A stretch of DNA of 32,000 nucleotides from Candidatus Scalindua sp. Its GTDB lineage: Bacteria; Planctomycetota; Brocadiia; Brocadiales; Scalinduaceae. Where the stretch lies: the NCBI GenBank assembly GCA_031316235.1, contig JALDRA010000001.1, forward strand, positions 1,920,001 through 1,952,000. The letters are read 5' to 3'. The notes beneath the pieces are model-generated. The model was not told where the DNA came from. It did no database searches and saw only the letters and a program-made list of their open reading frames with translations. Positions within the stretch are counted from its first letter, which is position 1; each line of letters begins with the position of its first letter. Both the position numbers and the translations under genes were made by a program. Of this stretch, positions 16,857 to 28,219 are shown in pieces.

Positions 16857-19562
16857 ATGAAGAAGATCAAATTATCGATAAACAATACTACCTATGAAGC
16901 GCATCAAGGACAAACGATACTTGAAGTAGCACGAGAAAACGGTATTTGGATTCCTACCCTCTGCCATGACAGCCGATTAGATCCTTATGGCGGTTGTAGA
17001 ATATGCCTGGTTGAAGTGAAAGGTGCCCGACAATTACAGGTATCGTGCATAACCAAAATAAGCGAAGGTATGGATGTCTGCACTGAATCGGAAAATGTCC
17101 ATATGACCAGGAAAGGTGTCCTTGAATATATTTTGTCAGATCACCCTCTCGACTGTATGACATGTGAAGCTACCGGCTCTTGCGAACTTCAGAATATTGC
17201 TTATGCATTGGGTATTAAGGGTGATTCATACAGGAGCAAGGAAAAAAGAGGAGGAATAATACCTGACCATAATAAATTAATTTCCCGAGAAACACCAAAA
17301 TGTATAAGATGCGGTCGTTGTGTAAGAATTTGTGGTGAAGTGCAGCAAGACTATGCTATAGAGTTCGGTGGCAGAGGTTTTAAAATGTGGGTGGCCACTC
17401 CTTTTGGGGAATCCTTACTCGACGGTACATGTGTACTCTGTGGACAATGTGTTTCAACATGCCCTACCGGCGCCTTACTCGATAAAAAGTCAATGAATAT
17501 GGGACGCTTCTGTCAGACCAGAAAGGTAAGAACAACATGCGGTTATTGTAGTATTGGATGCCAGATCGATATCCATACAATTGAAGACAAAATTAATAAA
17601 ATAACATCAGAAGCAGGAGTTGTTCCCAATAATGGCAACCTGTGTACAAAAGGTAGATATGCCTACGATTTTATCAACGATCCAGATAGAATTGAAGACC
17701 CCATGGTACGAAAAAATGGTAATCTTGAAAAGGCTGGCTGGGAGGATGCCTATAAAGAAATTTCACGAAAATTTGAGGAGATAAAATCAAAGTATGGCAG
17801 TGACTCTATAGCCTTTATTGGTTCAGGCCGTTGTACAAACGAAGAAAATTACTTACTCCAAAAATTTGCACGAGCAGTGATTGGCACAAACAATATTGAT
17901 CAATCAGAAACAGAATGCCACCTCCCGACGTTGAGAGGGCTTAAAGATTCGCTTGGATATGGTGCAGCTTCGAATTCGATTGGTGAGATCTCAACATCAG
18001 ATGTAATATTTGTATTCGGGGCCAACATTACAGAAGCTCACCCAATAATAGGGCTTGAGATTAAGAAAGCAGTAAGAAATGGTTCCACTTTGATTGTTAT
18101 CGACACACGGAATATATGGCTGAAGAAGATCGCAAAAATCTACCTCAATCCAAAACCGGGATCTGATACCTACCTTATCAACGCTCTGATAAACATAATT
18201 ATCACAGAGAAATTGTACAATGAAAAGTTTATTGAGGAGATGTCAAGTAAGTTTGATATTCTGAAAAACACTCTCTTGTCTATGGAAACAGAGAAGATAA
18301 TGGAGCTTACAGGTATATCAGAAAAAATAATAAAGGAAACGGCCAGGATCTATGCCAATGCAAAAAAAGCCACGATATTTTATGGTAGCGGCATAACCCA
18401 GCAAAGTACCGGACTGGAAAATGTGCAAGGCCTTGCAAACCTTGCTTTGCTAACAGGACACATAGGTAAAGTTGGTTCCGGTATATATCCCCTTTTAGGT
18501 CAAAACAATGGTCAGGGTGCTTTCAGTATGGGAGCAACTCCACACTTTTTCACAGATTTTCAGTCTGTTACAGACAGTAAAATACGGAGTAAATTTGAGA
18601 CACTTTACCACGTATCTTTACCAAAAAAAGAGGGGTTAACAATCAGGGAAATTATGGATTATGCTCATGATGGAAAGATTAAAGCACTGTTTGTTATGGG
18701 TGCCGATGTCTTAATGAGCGAACCGGATACCACAAGAGTAAAAAAGGCATTGAAAAACCTGGACTTATTAATAGCACAGGATATTTTCATGTCAAACACC
18801 GCTCAATACGCTGATGTTTTGCTGCCTGCTGCCTGTTTTGCCGAAAAAGACGGATCTTTCACCAATATAGAAAGAAGAGTACAGAGAGTCAGAAAGGTCA
18901 CTTCCCCACCGGGAAAAGCAAAAGCTGACTGGAAGATCATAAGCGAACTCTCCACTGAAATGGGTTACCCGATGAATTATCAATCACCGGAAGCTATATG
19001 GGAAGAGATACGGGAAGTTTCTCCAAACCTGGCCGGAATCAATTATCAGAGAATTGAAAAAGTTGGGATACAGTGGCCGTGTCCGGACAGGAAACACCCG
19101 GGTACAGAGTTCCTTTACGGGGAAAATTTCCCTCATGGTAAAGCAGTATTTTCTTTAACTACGAGAGAACCATCCGTGGAGAAAACAGATGCATGCTACC
19201 CTTTTACACTCAGTACCGGAAGAACTCTCTTCCACTTTAATACCGGTTCTATGACACTACGTTCAAAGGGAAGTGCACAAAAGCAGCCATACGCATTTGT
19301 TGAAATTTCACACGAGGATGCAGAAAACGTTGACATTAAAGAGGGTGATATGGTGAAGATTTCCTCGAAACGGGGAGTATTAACTCTAAGTGCAAAGATT
19401 ACGAACAGGGTAGAGCCTAAACAAATCTGGATTCCTTTTCATTATTTCAGCGCACCGGTAAATTTATTAACATCTGGCCCGGATTATGATTCGAATCTTG
19501 AAGAAAGCCCTGGTTTCATGCCTGGTTACAAAACCTGTGCAGCCAGACTGGAGAAACTGTAA
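16857..19562 (+). CDS. fdhA: formate dehydrogenase alpha-subunit-like molybdopterin oxidoreductase (FdhA/FdsA/FdhF family) with N-terminal 2Fe-2S and 4Fe-4S ferredoxin modules
   Basis: N-terminal plant-type 2Fe-2S region (CHDSRLDPYGGCRICLV). HPLDCMTC cluster. Two CxxCxxCxxxCP motifs (CIRCGRCVRIC, CVLCGQCVSTCP). MopB 4Fe-4S CGYCSIGC...C. TNEENYLLQKFARAVIGTNNID followed by a Cys-His pair (ECHLPT). C-terminal molydopterin dinucleotide-binding domain. Confidence 0.8.
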   Translation: MKKIKLSINNTTYEAHQGQTILEVARENGIWIPTLCHDSRLDPYGGCRICLVEVKGARQLQVSCITKISEGMDVCTESENVHMTRKGVLEYILSDHPLDCMTCEATGSCELQNIAYALGIKGDSYRSKEKRGGIIPDHNKLISRETPKCIRCGRCVRICGEVQQDYAIEFGGRGFKMWVATPFGESLLDGTCVLCGQCVSTCPTGALLDKKSMNMGRFCQTRKVRTTCGYCSIGCQIDIHTIEDKINKITSEAGVVPNNGNLCTKGRYAYDFINDPDRIEDPMVRKNGNLEKAGWEDAYKEISRKFEEIKSKYGSDSIAFIGSGRCTNEENYLLQKFARAVIGTNNIDQSETECHLPTLRGLKDSLGYGAASNSIGEISTSDVIFVFGANITEAHPIIGLEIKKAVRNGSTLIVIDTRNIWLKKIAKIYLNPKPGSDTYLINALINIIITEKLYNEKFIEEMSSKFDILKNTLLSMETEKIMELTGISEKIIKETARIYANAKKATIFYGSGITQQSTGLENVQGLANLALLTGHIGKVGSGIYPLLGQNNGQGAFSMGATPHFFTDFQSVTDSKIRSKFETLYHVSLPKKEGLTIREIMDYAHDGKIKALFVMGADVLMSEPDTTRVKKALKNLDLLIAQDIFMSNTAQYADVLLPAACFAEKDGSFTNIERRVQRVRKVTSPPGKAKADWKIISELSTEMGYPMNYQSPEAIWEEIREVSPNLAGINYQRIEKVGIQWPCPDRKHPGTEFLYGENFPHGKAVFSLTTREPSVEKTDACYPFTLSTGRTLFHFNTGSMTLRSKGSAQKQPYAFVEISHEDAENVDIKEGDMVKISSKRGVLTLSAKITNRVEPKQIWIPFHYFSAPVNLLTSGPDYDSNLEESPGFMPGYKTCAARLEKL

Positions 19563-19620
19563 CAAATGCCAGGTTGGTTCTCTTTTGTATTCAACCAGGC
19601 TGCAGTTGAGAGGAGTGTGT

Positions 19621-20040
19621 TTAATGCAGCTGCTGAACGGAAAGTTCTTCTATTTTATCGTAAGCACTTTCTATTCTAAAAATCATTTTCTTCAGTATAC
19701 TCAATGCAACCAGAGGGTTGCTTGAGATCAATGTTTCCAGGACATTTTTACTGATAATATTTAATCTGCAATCAGTAACAGTTTCAGCACTTATTGTACG
19801 AGGTTTGTTGGTAATAACAGAAGTCTCTCCGAAAAATTCACCAAATCCTAATACAGTCAAGACAATTTCTCCCTCAGGTGTATTTCTCGTAAGTTTTACT
19901 TCACCCGAGCAGATTAAATACATCTCATCGCCTCTGTCTCCCTCTTTAAACAGAACGGTACCCTTTGGGATATTTTTACCCGCTTCCTTAAACGTTTTGC
20001 CGGTATTAAATAACATGCAACAGACTCCATGTTTTCTCAA
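19621..20040 (-). CDS. stand-alone cyclic-nucleotide-binding domain protein
   Basis: cNMP-binding beta-roll motifs FKEGDRGDEMYLICSGEVKL, FGEFFGETSVI, RTISAETV. At 139 aa there is no DNA-binding or other output domain. Confidence 0.85.
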   Translation of the reverse strand: MRKHGVCCMLFNTGKTFKEAGKNIPKGTVLFKEGDRGDEMYLICSGEVKLTRNTPEGEIVLTVLGFGEFFGETSVITNKPRTISAETVTDCRLNIISKNVLETLISSNPLVALSILKKMIFRIESAYDKIEELSVQQLH

Positions 20041-20203
20041 TCCTGTGCAGATAGATAAACATATTCATAGGTTTGTATTCGTGTAAATGTATTTCAATTT
20101 GATCTCTACCATACTGCTACCATACGTCAAAGTCAAGTAATAACCATTTCTCAGGGTGTTTTCACTTCATTCTCACCGATAAAATTCAACATATCGGGTA
20201 AAA

Positions 20204-23173
20204 TCATTTTTTCGTAATAACAAAGGTTTTACTTTCAAGTAGATCCTGATCGTCTCGAGCGACGATGGAGATAACATTTTGCCCATCTTTAAGTGGAACA
20301 TCACAGGAAAATGTTAAATGAGAAGCATCATTACCAAGGTTCCCATTTCCGTTTTTATAAAATACTTTGTCTTCATTTACCATGATGTAAATATATTGAA
20401 TCCGGTTGTCATCCTTCACGGTACCTGCAACTGTCAAATGATCAGATTGATAGGCTTCATGAAGTGTTTCCTTGTATAAATCAATAGAGGGGGGTATTTT
20501 ATTGAGAAACAGATCTGATACAGTAATTGTATGATGAGGTTCATCATCAACGGGTAAAATTTCTACATTTTCAGAAGAAATCCAGCCAAACCGGTTATCG
20601 GGCATTCGGGTTCGAAACCACTCTCCTGTCTCTTTGTCTGTACTGAGAATAGTTCCTTTATTCACACACATTACAACAGGGCTCTCTGGAGAAATACCAT
20701 TGTAAACGACCACATTGTCACCTTTAACACGCAGAATCCTCTCTAGATACTGTAAAGAATCTTCATCACTTTTTTGACTGACAGGAAATATTATTTTGTC
20801 TGAGATCCTGGATCCATATGTGGTATCTGCAATAGTAATTTGAACTGAAAAACTTTCAGCTTCAAGGGTATCCCTTACTGAAATACCTAACCTAAGAGAC
20901 TTAGACTCTCCCGGAAGTAGTTTTCCTAACTCTAATTTACTCTTTTTTATAAAAACCTCTTTGTGGTTTAAATCTCTCAGGGCTATAATATTCTTTTCTG
21001 ATGCACCCTGTCCAACATTCTTGACAAGCAGAACTAATTCGATTTCCTCTCCTTTTTGAATTAATCCGTCACCATTTCCGTGCAAACCTTCACCTTCATC
21101 AATTATCTGATAAGAATAAGCAAATACCGGTCTCGGTAATGCCTCAATCGACAATGTACTTTTCAGGTCATCCGGTTTGTATCCGTTTAACTCAGAGAAC
21201 TTAACAATAAATTCATCTTTTCTGCTCACTATGTTTTCGGGTAATTTTATTTTTTTTGAGGATGTTTTTTTTTCACCTTTCTCTATCTTTCCCAGAAGAA
21301 ACTCATGTTTATCAAGAAGGGGGTTTTTTGATTCAGTAATACCTCTTAACTGGTATAAAGTATCATCACCAGAATTCTTAACAGCAACTTCAATTTTTAC
21401 TTCCTCACCCGCCTTGAACTCCCCGCCATTCACGTTGAGAGAAGCAGTTGAAACCGGAGAACCACTTGCTTCTCCTTTTGACCAGTCGATACCAATAGAA
21501 TTCAATGCTGAAGAAATCTTTTCCATTTCACTCTCTTTAAAATCTTCAACTACCGTGTTCAATTCACTTAAAATCTCTTTTCTTTTCGAAGAAGAAGATT
21601 TGAGAATAATGTTTCTCGCAAATTTAACATGAGTATCATCTGTTAGATCTGGAAGATTGTAGTAGTTTTCATCTTTTTCTTCCTGGGACTCATCATCATT
21701 TTTCTCGAGATATTTTATTTTCTTAAATGGCAATTCGGTTTCAGTACTTTCATCCAGGTGTTTTCTTAAATCTTTTTCTCGAGAATAAAGATCTTCATTA
21801 TACATAATGATTTCATCTTCTTTGACACGTGTTTGGGAAAGCATGATATCGGGTGTTATACCTACTGATTGTATATCGGTAAAACTTGGAGTAAGATATT
21901 TTCCTATCGTAAGCTTAAGTGCAGCACCATCCAATAAATCAATCAATTGCTGGATAGATCCCTTACCAAAGCTCAGGTCGCCGATGAGAACGGCACGGTT
22001 ATTATCCTTAAGGGCTCCAGCGACTATTTCTGCTCCTGAAGCACTCCCTGCATTGATAATTACAACAATCGGATATTCCACAAAATCTTTTGAAGATTTT
22101 TTTGCCTTTCTCAACTCTTGATGTTTACCCATTGGGCCAACGGTTACAACAACGATACCTGAGGAAAGGAACTTGTCTGACACTGCTATCGCCTGATCTA
22201 ATAATCCTCCGGAATTAAAACGAAGATCCAGGATAAGCCCTTTCAACCCGCCACTTTCTTCGGTTAATTGTTCAATCTGTTTATCCAGGGAATCAGAAGT
22301 ATCTTCCTGGAAATTGCGAACCTTGATGTAACCGACATTGTCAGCTAATAATTTAGAATCAACCGTCGGTATCTCTATAATTTCTCTCGTCAACGTTACT
22401 GTTTTATTTGCTCCTGATTTCTCGCTTTCGATTGTCAGGATCACCGTAGTGGAAGGATCTCCTCTGAGTTTGCTTACGGCCTCAGGTAATGACATGTTGA
22501 TTGTTGAATCCTCATCAATGGTGATAATTTTATCTCCTGATTGAATTTTAGCCCTATAAGCCGGTGTACCCTCAATAGGAGAAATTACGGTCAAAATCCC
22601 ATCTCTCATACCAACAACCATGCCAAGACCGCCAAATTTTCCAGATGTTCCTATTTTGAATTCTGTGAAATCTACCGGTGGAAAAACAATAGAGTGTGGA
22701 TCAAGCTGTGACAATAAACCATTAATCGCGGCATATTCAATATCTTCAGCTTTCACTTTGTCACTTTTATGCTCGTTTACAAAATTCAGAATATCACTCA
22801 AGGTAGTATATAAATCACTTAATCTCGTTATTCGGGAAGTGTCAATTGTATCGCTTACCTCATTGATCAAAATCTCTATTTCTTCCGCCTCTTCATCTAT
22901 ATTTACCAGAACTTCAGGAATAATTCTCTCAAGCCAGGAGACTGATTCCCGCAGCATCTCTTTTGGCACTATACGTTCAGGCTCAACATAAAGTCTGTTT
23001 AAATAAGAACAGACTATGCCTACTAAACGAAATTTATGATCCTCTTCCCCATGTTCAATTTCTGCCAAAAAATCTTTGTTCCGGGAATTGCAACGCGATA
23101 TGACAACAAAAACTACTACTAAAAATACTAAGAAGGGAATTATGAACTTGTAAAAATTTCTATTTTTAGGCAT
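20204..23173 (-). CDS. S41 family C-terminal processing peptidase with PDZ domain and a long C-terminal extension
   Basis: N-terminal TM anchor. PDZ (GLGMVVG...GTPAYRAKIQSGDKIITID). S41 core (GLILDLRFNSGGLL, AGSASGAEIVAGAL, FGKGSIQ). After that come ~430 aa with two similar beta-sandwich-like repeats (..GEEVKIEVAVKNSGDD.. and ..GEEIELVLLVKNVGQG..) and an SH3-like segment (GEWFRTRMPDNRFGWISSENV). Confidence 0.88.
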   Translation of the reverse strand: MPKNRNFYKFIIPFLVFLVVVFVVISRCNSRNKDFLAEIEHGEEDHKFRLVGIVCSYLNRLYVEPERIVPKEMLRESVSWLERIIPEVLVNIDEEAEEIEILINEVSDTIDTSRITRLSDLYTTLSDILNFVNEHKSDKVKAEDIEYAAINGLLSQLDPHSIVFPPVDFTEFKIGTSGKFGGLGMVVGMRDGILTVISPIEGTPAYRAKIQSGDKIITIDEDSTINMSLPEAVSKLRGDPSTTVILTIESEKSGANKTVTLTREIIEIPTVDSKLLADNVGYIKVRNFQEDTSDSLDKQIEQLTEESGGLKGLILDLRFNSGGLLDQAIAVSDKFLSSGIVVVTVGPMGKHQELRKAKKSSKDFVEYPIVVIINAGSASGAEIVAGALKDNNRAVLIGDLSFGKGSIQQLIDLLDGAALKLTIGKYLTPSFTDIQSVGITPDIMLSQTRVKEDEIIMYNEDLYSREKDLRKHLDESTETELPFKKIKYLEKNDDESQEEKDENYYNLPDLTDDTHVKFARNIILKSSSSKRKEILSELNTVVEDFKESEMEKISSALNSIGIDWSKGEASGSPVSTASLNVNGGEFKAGEEVKIEVAVKNSGDDTLYQLRGITESKNPLLDKHEFLLGKIEKGEKKTSSKKIKLPENIVSRKDEFIVKFSELNGYKPDDLKSTLSIEALPRPVFAYSYQIIDEGEGLHGNGDGLIQKGEEIELVLLVKNVGQGASEKNIIALRDLNHKEVFIKKSKLELGKLLPGESKSLRLGISVRDTLEAESFSVQITIADTTYGSRISDKIIFPVSQKSDEDSLQYLERILRVKGDNVVVYNGISPESPVVMCVNKGTILSTDKETGEWFRTRMPDNRFGWISSENVEILPVDDEPHHTITVSDLFLNKIPPSIDLYKETLHEAYQSDHLTVAGTVKDDNRIQYIYIMVNEDKVFYKNGNGNLGNDASHLTFSCDVPLKDGQNVISIVARDDQDLLESKTFVITKK

Positions 23174-23327
23174 AATTTATCCTTATGGAAATTCTTATAA
23201 TTAAATTAAACTTCGAACGACTTTTTAACATATACGGTTACCTTGAAATTAATAAGCAGATCATGATAGTCTCCATTCCATTGTAAGTCAAGGATTAGTT
23301 ACCGTGAACAAGTTAATTAAAAATTTA

Positions 23328-23355
23328 TTGACATACAATTTCATGATGCTAAACT
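23328..23355 (+). promoter_or_regulatory. strong sigma70-type promoter for the tRNA pair
   Basis: Perfect -35 TTGACA (23328-23333), 16-nt spacer, extended -10 TGcTAAACT (-10 at 23350-23355). This sits ~18 nt upstream of tRNA-Val. Confidence 0.55.
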
Positions 23356-23372
23356 CTGTATAGTTTTTTTAT

Positions 23373-23449
23373 GGGCGATTAGCTCAGTTGGCTAGAGCGC
23401 TTGCCTTACAAGCAAGAAGTCATAGGTTCGAGTCCTATATCGCCCACCA
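23373..23449 (+). tRNA. tRNA-Val (anticodon TAC), CCA encoded
   Basis: Manual cloverleaf: acceptor GGGCGAT/ATCGCCC, D stem GCTC/GAGC, anticodon stem CTTGC/GCAAG with loop CTTACAA, T arm ATAGG-TTCGAGT-CCTAT, discriminator A, then CCA. Confidence 0.95.
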
Positions 23450-23560
23450 CCTTGATAGAAACTGGAAACAAGTTTTATGTTTGAAAGCGGGTTATAAGAT
23501 ATTGACACCCGAGTGAGAAAAAAGGGGTACTGTCTTAAAATCCTGTTGCTGTTAATCTCT

Positions 23561-23637
23561 GGGGCCGTAGCTCAATCGGTTAGAGTACCAGACTGTCGAT
23601 CTGGATGTTGCGGGTTCGAGTCCCGTCGGCCTCGCCA
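23561..23637 (+). tRNA. tRNA-Asp (anticodon GTC), CCA encoded
   Basis: Manual cloverleaf: acceptor GGGGCCG/CGGCCTC (one G-T pair), anticodon stem CCAGA/TCTGG with loop CTGTCGA, T arm GCGGG-TTCGAGT-CCCGT, discriminator G, then CCA. Confidence 0.95.
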
Positions 23638-24040
23638 TTATTCACCCTGTGAAGTGGCGTTTTCCTGCCAGACAATTACACTGTTGATTTCAAACCTGGA
23701 CCTCACTTTTTGAAATTTATATTCTATCCTTTCAGACTTTTCGCGTTTTTTTCAATGTGGTTCTTGATTCGAGTTATGTTACAACGGATTTGCAGGATAT
23801 CTGTTCTTATAAAACCAGCCTACGAGAAATAACAAAAAAAGAGTGAAAAACAGTGGAATAGGTGTTTTTTGTTGAGATAGTGACGCAGATGCACATTTAA
23901 GTTTAACGCACGGATCAGGGAGAAAAATTCAATAAATCACACATGGTTATCCAAAAAAGGTAGTAACGTATTCCCCCCATCGGATGATAGAGACTTTGAA
24001 GGTCTGAATTCACTCATTTTCAAAAAACTGATTTAGTGGT

Positions 24041-26464
<2,424 letters not shown>

Positions 26465-26482
26465 TTAATTAGCTCCTTACAA

Positions 26483-26809
26483 TTATTCTTTTATTATACC
26501 TACCTTGAATTTTATGTCAGAAATATATCTGCTCTTATACCCTTCTTGCATACTCTTTAACAGTTCCTGTTTTCGGAATGCAACGATATTATGAAGCCAG
26601 ATAGCTGAATCTACTTTAATAGTAAGTACGCTTCCCTTTATTCCTTCAACTTCTGTGTGTTCTGAAATATCAGTGTCAACATTTTTCATCCACGCATTTT
26701 TCAAACTGCTGTTTTTGTATCTTTCAGCATTGAGTCTTTTAACCGTATTTATAATAAATCCGCTGAGCGGTTTCACATCTCTATCAATTTTCCCATAAAA
26801 ACTGTTCAT
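26483..26809 (-). CDS. DUF721 (DciA-like) protein
   Basis: 108 aa between dnaN and gyrB. The pattern LKNAW..V...ISEHTEVEGIKGSVLTIKVDSAIWLHNI..RKQELL......I.DIKFKVG fits DUF721. Its start overlaps the dnaN stop by 4 nt (ATGA). Confidence 0.75.
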   Translation of the reverse strand: MNSFYGKIDRDVKPLSGFIINTVKRLNAERYKNSSLKNAWMKNVDTDISEHTEVEGIKGSVLTIKVDSAIWLHNIVAFRKQELLKSMQEGYKSRYISDIKFKVGIIKE

Positions 26810-27921
26810 TGTGATTTTCTGGTTTCCCGTATCTTCAGAGGCATCAGCATATAGAGGTAATAATTCCCCAGCCTGAATACACCCGCAGTGCCCTTGTCTT
26901 TTAATTCAAACCGTACCTGATTATCATCTACCACTCTCAAGAAATCTAATATATAGTCAGGATTAAACCCGATTTCCAACTCCTCATCTCTATACTCGAT
27001 TGTCATTGACAGCCTGGCTTCTCCTACATCTGGTGTTGAACACTTCAGCTCAAGCATATCATTGAAAAATTTAAAACACAGTAACTTGTAATCCTCAACA
27101 GTCATGATTGCACCTTTTCTCACTGCAGATATAAATTCAGCTCTATTTAACACAGCAAATTTGTTCAAATCTGAAGGGATCACTTTTTCATAATCAGGAT
27201 ATTTACCATCAATTAATTGGGAAGATACTGTTACATTTTTCGTTCTTATCAGTATGCGTTTTTCGTCTATTTTTATCTTAATAAGCTCATCACTGTCAAC
27301 AAGCATTTTTATGATTTGTGAGGCACTTTTTATTGGTATCACACAACTTTTGATCATCCCTTCAGGATTGTTGATTTTCCTTTTTATTTCGGCGAGTCTT
27401 CTACCATCGTTCGTTACCATTTTTGCCTGCTCACCATCGACAACGAATAATATACCACTATAGGCAGATTTAGTACGGTCCGCCAGAGCGATAAACATTG
27501 TTTTCTTTATCATATCAGCAAAAACTCTGCTATCGATTTCTATAAAATTTTCATCATTGAAACTTGGAATAACTGGAAAATCTTCCGGAATAGCGCAGAG
27601 AATTTTAAAGTAACCATCTTTCCCTGTAATTTCACAGACTCTTTCATTCTCAACGATATCTATCCTGTCATTATTCCATTCTTTTACAACTGAAACAATT
27701 TTATGTCCAGGACACACTATGGTACCTGGTGCTGTAACCTTAAGGCATTCAATGTGGTAAGTTATGCTGATTTCAAGATCGGTAGTTGACAATTCCAGGG
27801 TATTATCATGAGCGGTGATTTTAACATTTTGTAATATTGGTTTTAAATTTGAACTGGAAATAACGCTTTCTACCAGAAGGAATCCTTTTTTAAGGATATT
27901 GTTGTCACAAGTAATGTTCAC
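26806..27921 (-). CDS. dnaN: DNA polymerase III beta subunit (sliding clamp)
   Basis: 371 aa. The N-terminus has a ..LLK.....V.......PIL.NV.I....N.L.L..TDLEISI pattern, with the three-domain length typical of DnaN. GTG start, immediately downstream of dnaA. Confidence 0.92.
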   Translation of the reverse strand: MNITCDNNILKKGFLLVESVISSSNLKPILQNVKITAHDNTLELSTTDLEISITYHIECLKVTAPGTIVCPGHKIVSVVKEWNNDRIDIVENERVCEITGKDGYFKILCAIPEDFPVIPSFNDENFIEIDSRVFADMIKKTMFIALADRTKSAYSGILFVVDGEQAKMVTNDGRRLAEIKRKINNPEGMIKSCVIPIKSASQIIKMLVDSDELIKIKIDEKRILIRTKNVTVSSQLIDGKYPDYEKVIPSDLNKFAVLNRAEFISAVRKGAIMTVEDYKLLCFKFFNDMLELKCSTPDVGEARLSMTIEYRDEELEIGFNPDYILDFLRVVDDNQVRFELKDKGTAGVFRLGNYYLYMLMPLKIRETRKSQ

Positions 27922-28219
27922 AGTGTTTGTTCGTTAAAATTCAATGTAGTAAGATAAAGTAGTTCTTATAAAATTTTTTATTATCCTTCTTATTATTGTA
28001 TGTCAATTATGGTTATAACGTATTAAATAATTTATAACATAATGTATCAAAAAAACATAGGAATATTTAATATGTTCATAACTATGTCCATAATGGTAAA
28101 ATTATCGAAGATTAATTAACATATTTTGTTGTCAAAATTTCTATTAAAGTCGGGAACATGTTTTTTAATGACACAAATGTGACAATTATCTACAGGATAT
28201 TTACACACTGTGAAGGCCG
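27922..28219. other. oriC: candidate oriC (dnaA-dnaN intergenic spacer)
   Basis: A 298-bp non-coding spacer, visibly more AT-rich than its flanks. DnaA-box-like 9-mers: TTATCTACA (28186-28194, 8/9 to TTATCCACA), TTATCCTTC (27981-27989, 7/9) and TGTCCATAA (28085-28093, 7/9 reverse). Recurrent TTATAAC/TTCATAAC motifs at 28012-28080. Confidence 0.45.

Noticed and set aside
23513-23713. 66-aa ORF spanning the tRNA-Asp gene
   Set aside because: It overlaps a well-folding tRNA on the same strand. The 'protein' is simply the tRNA sequence translated.
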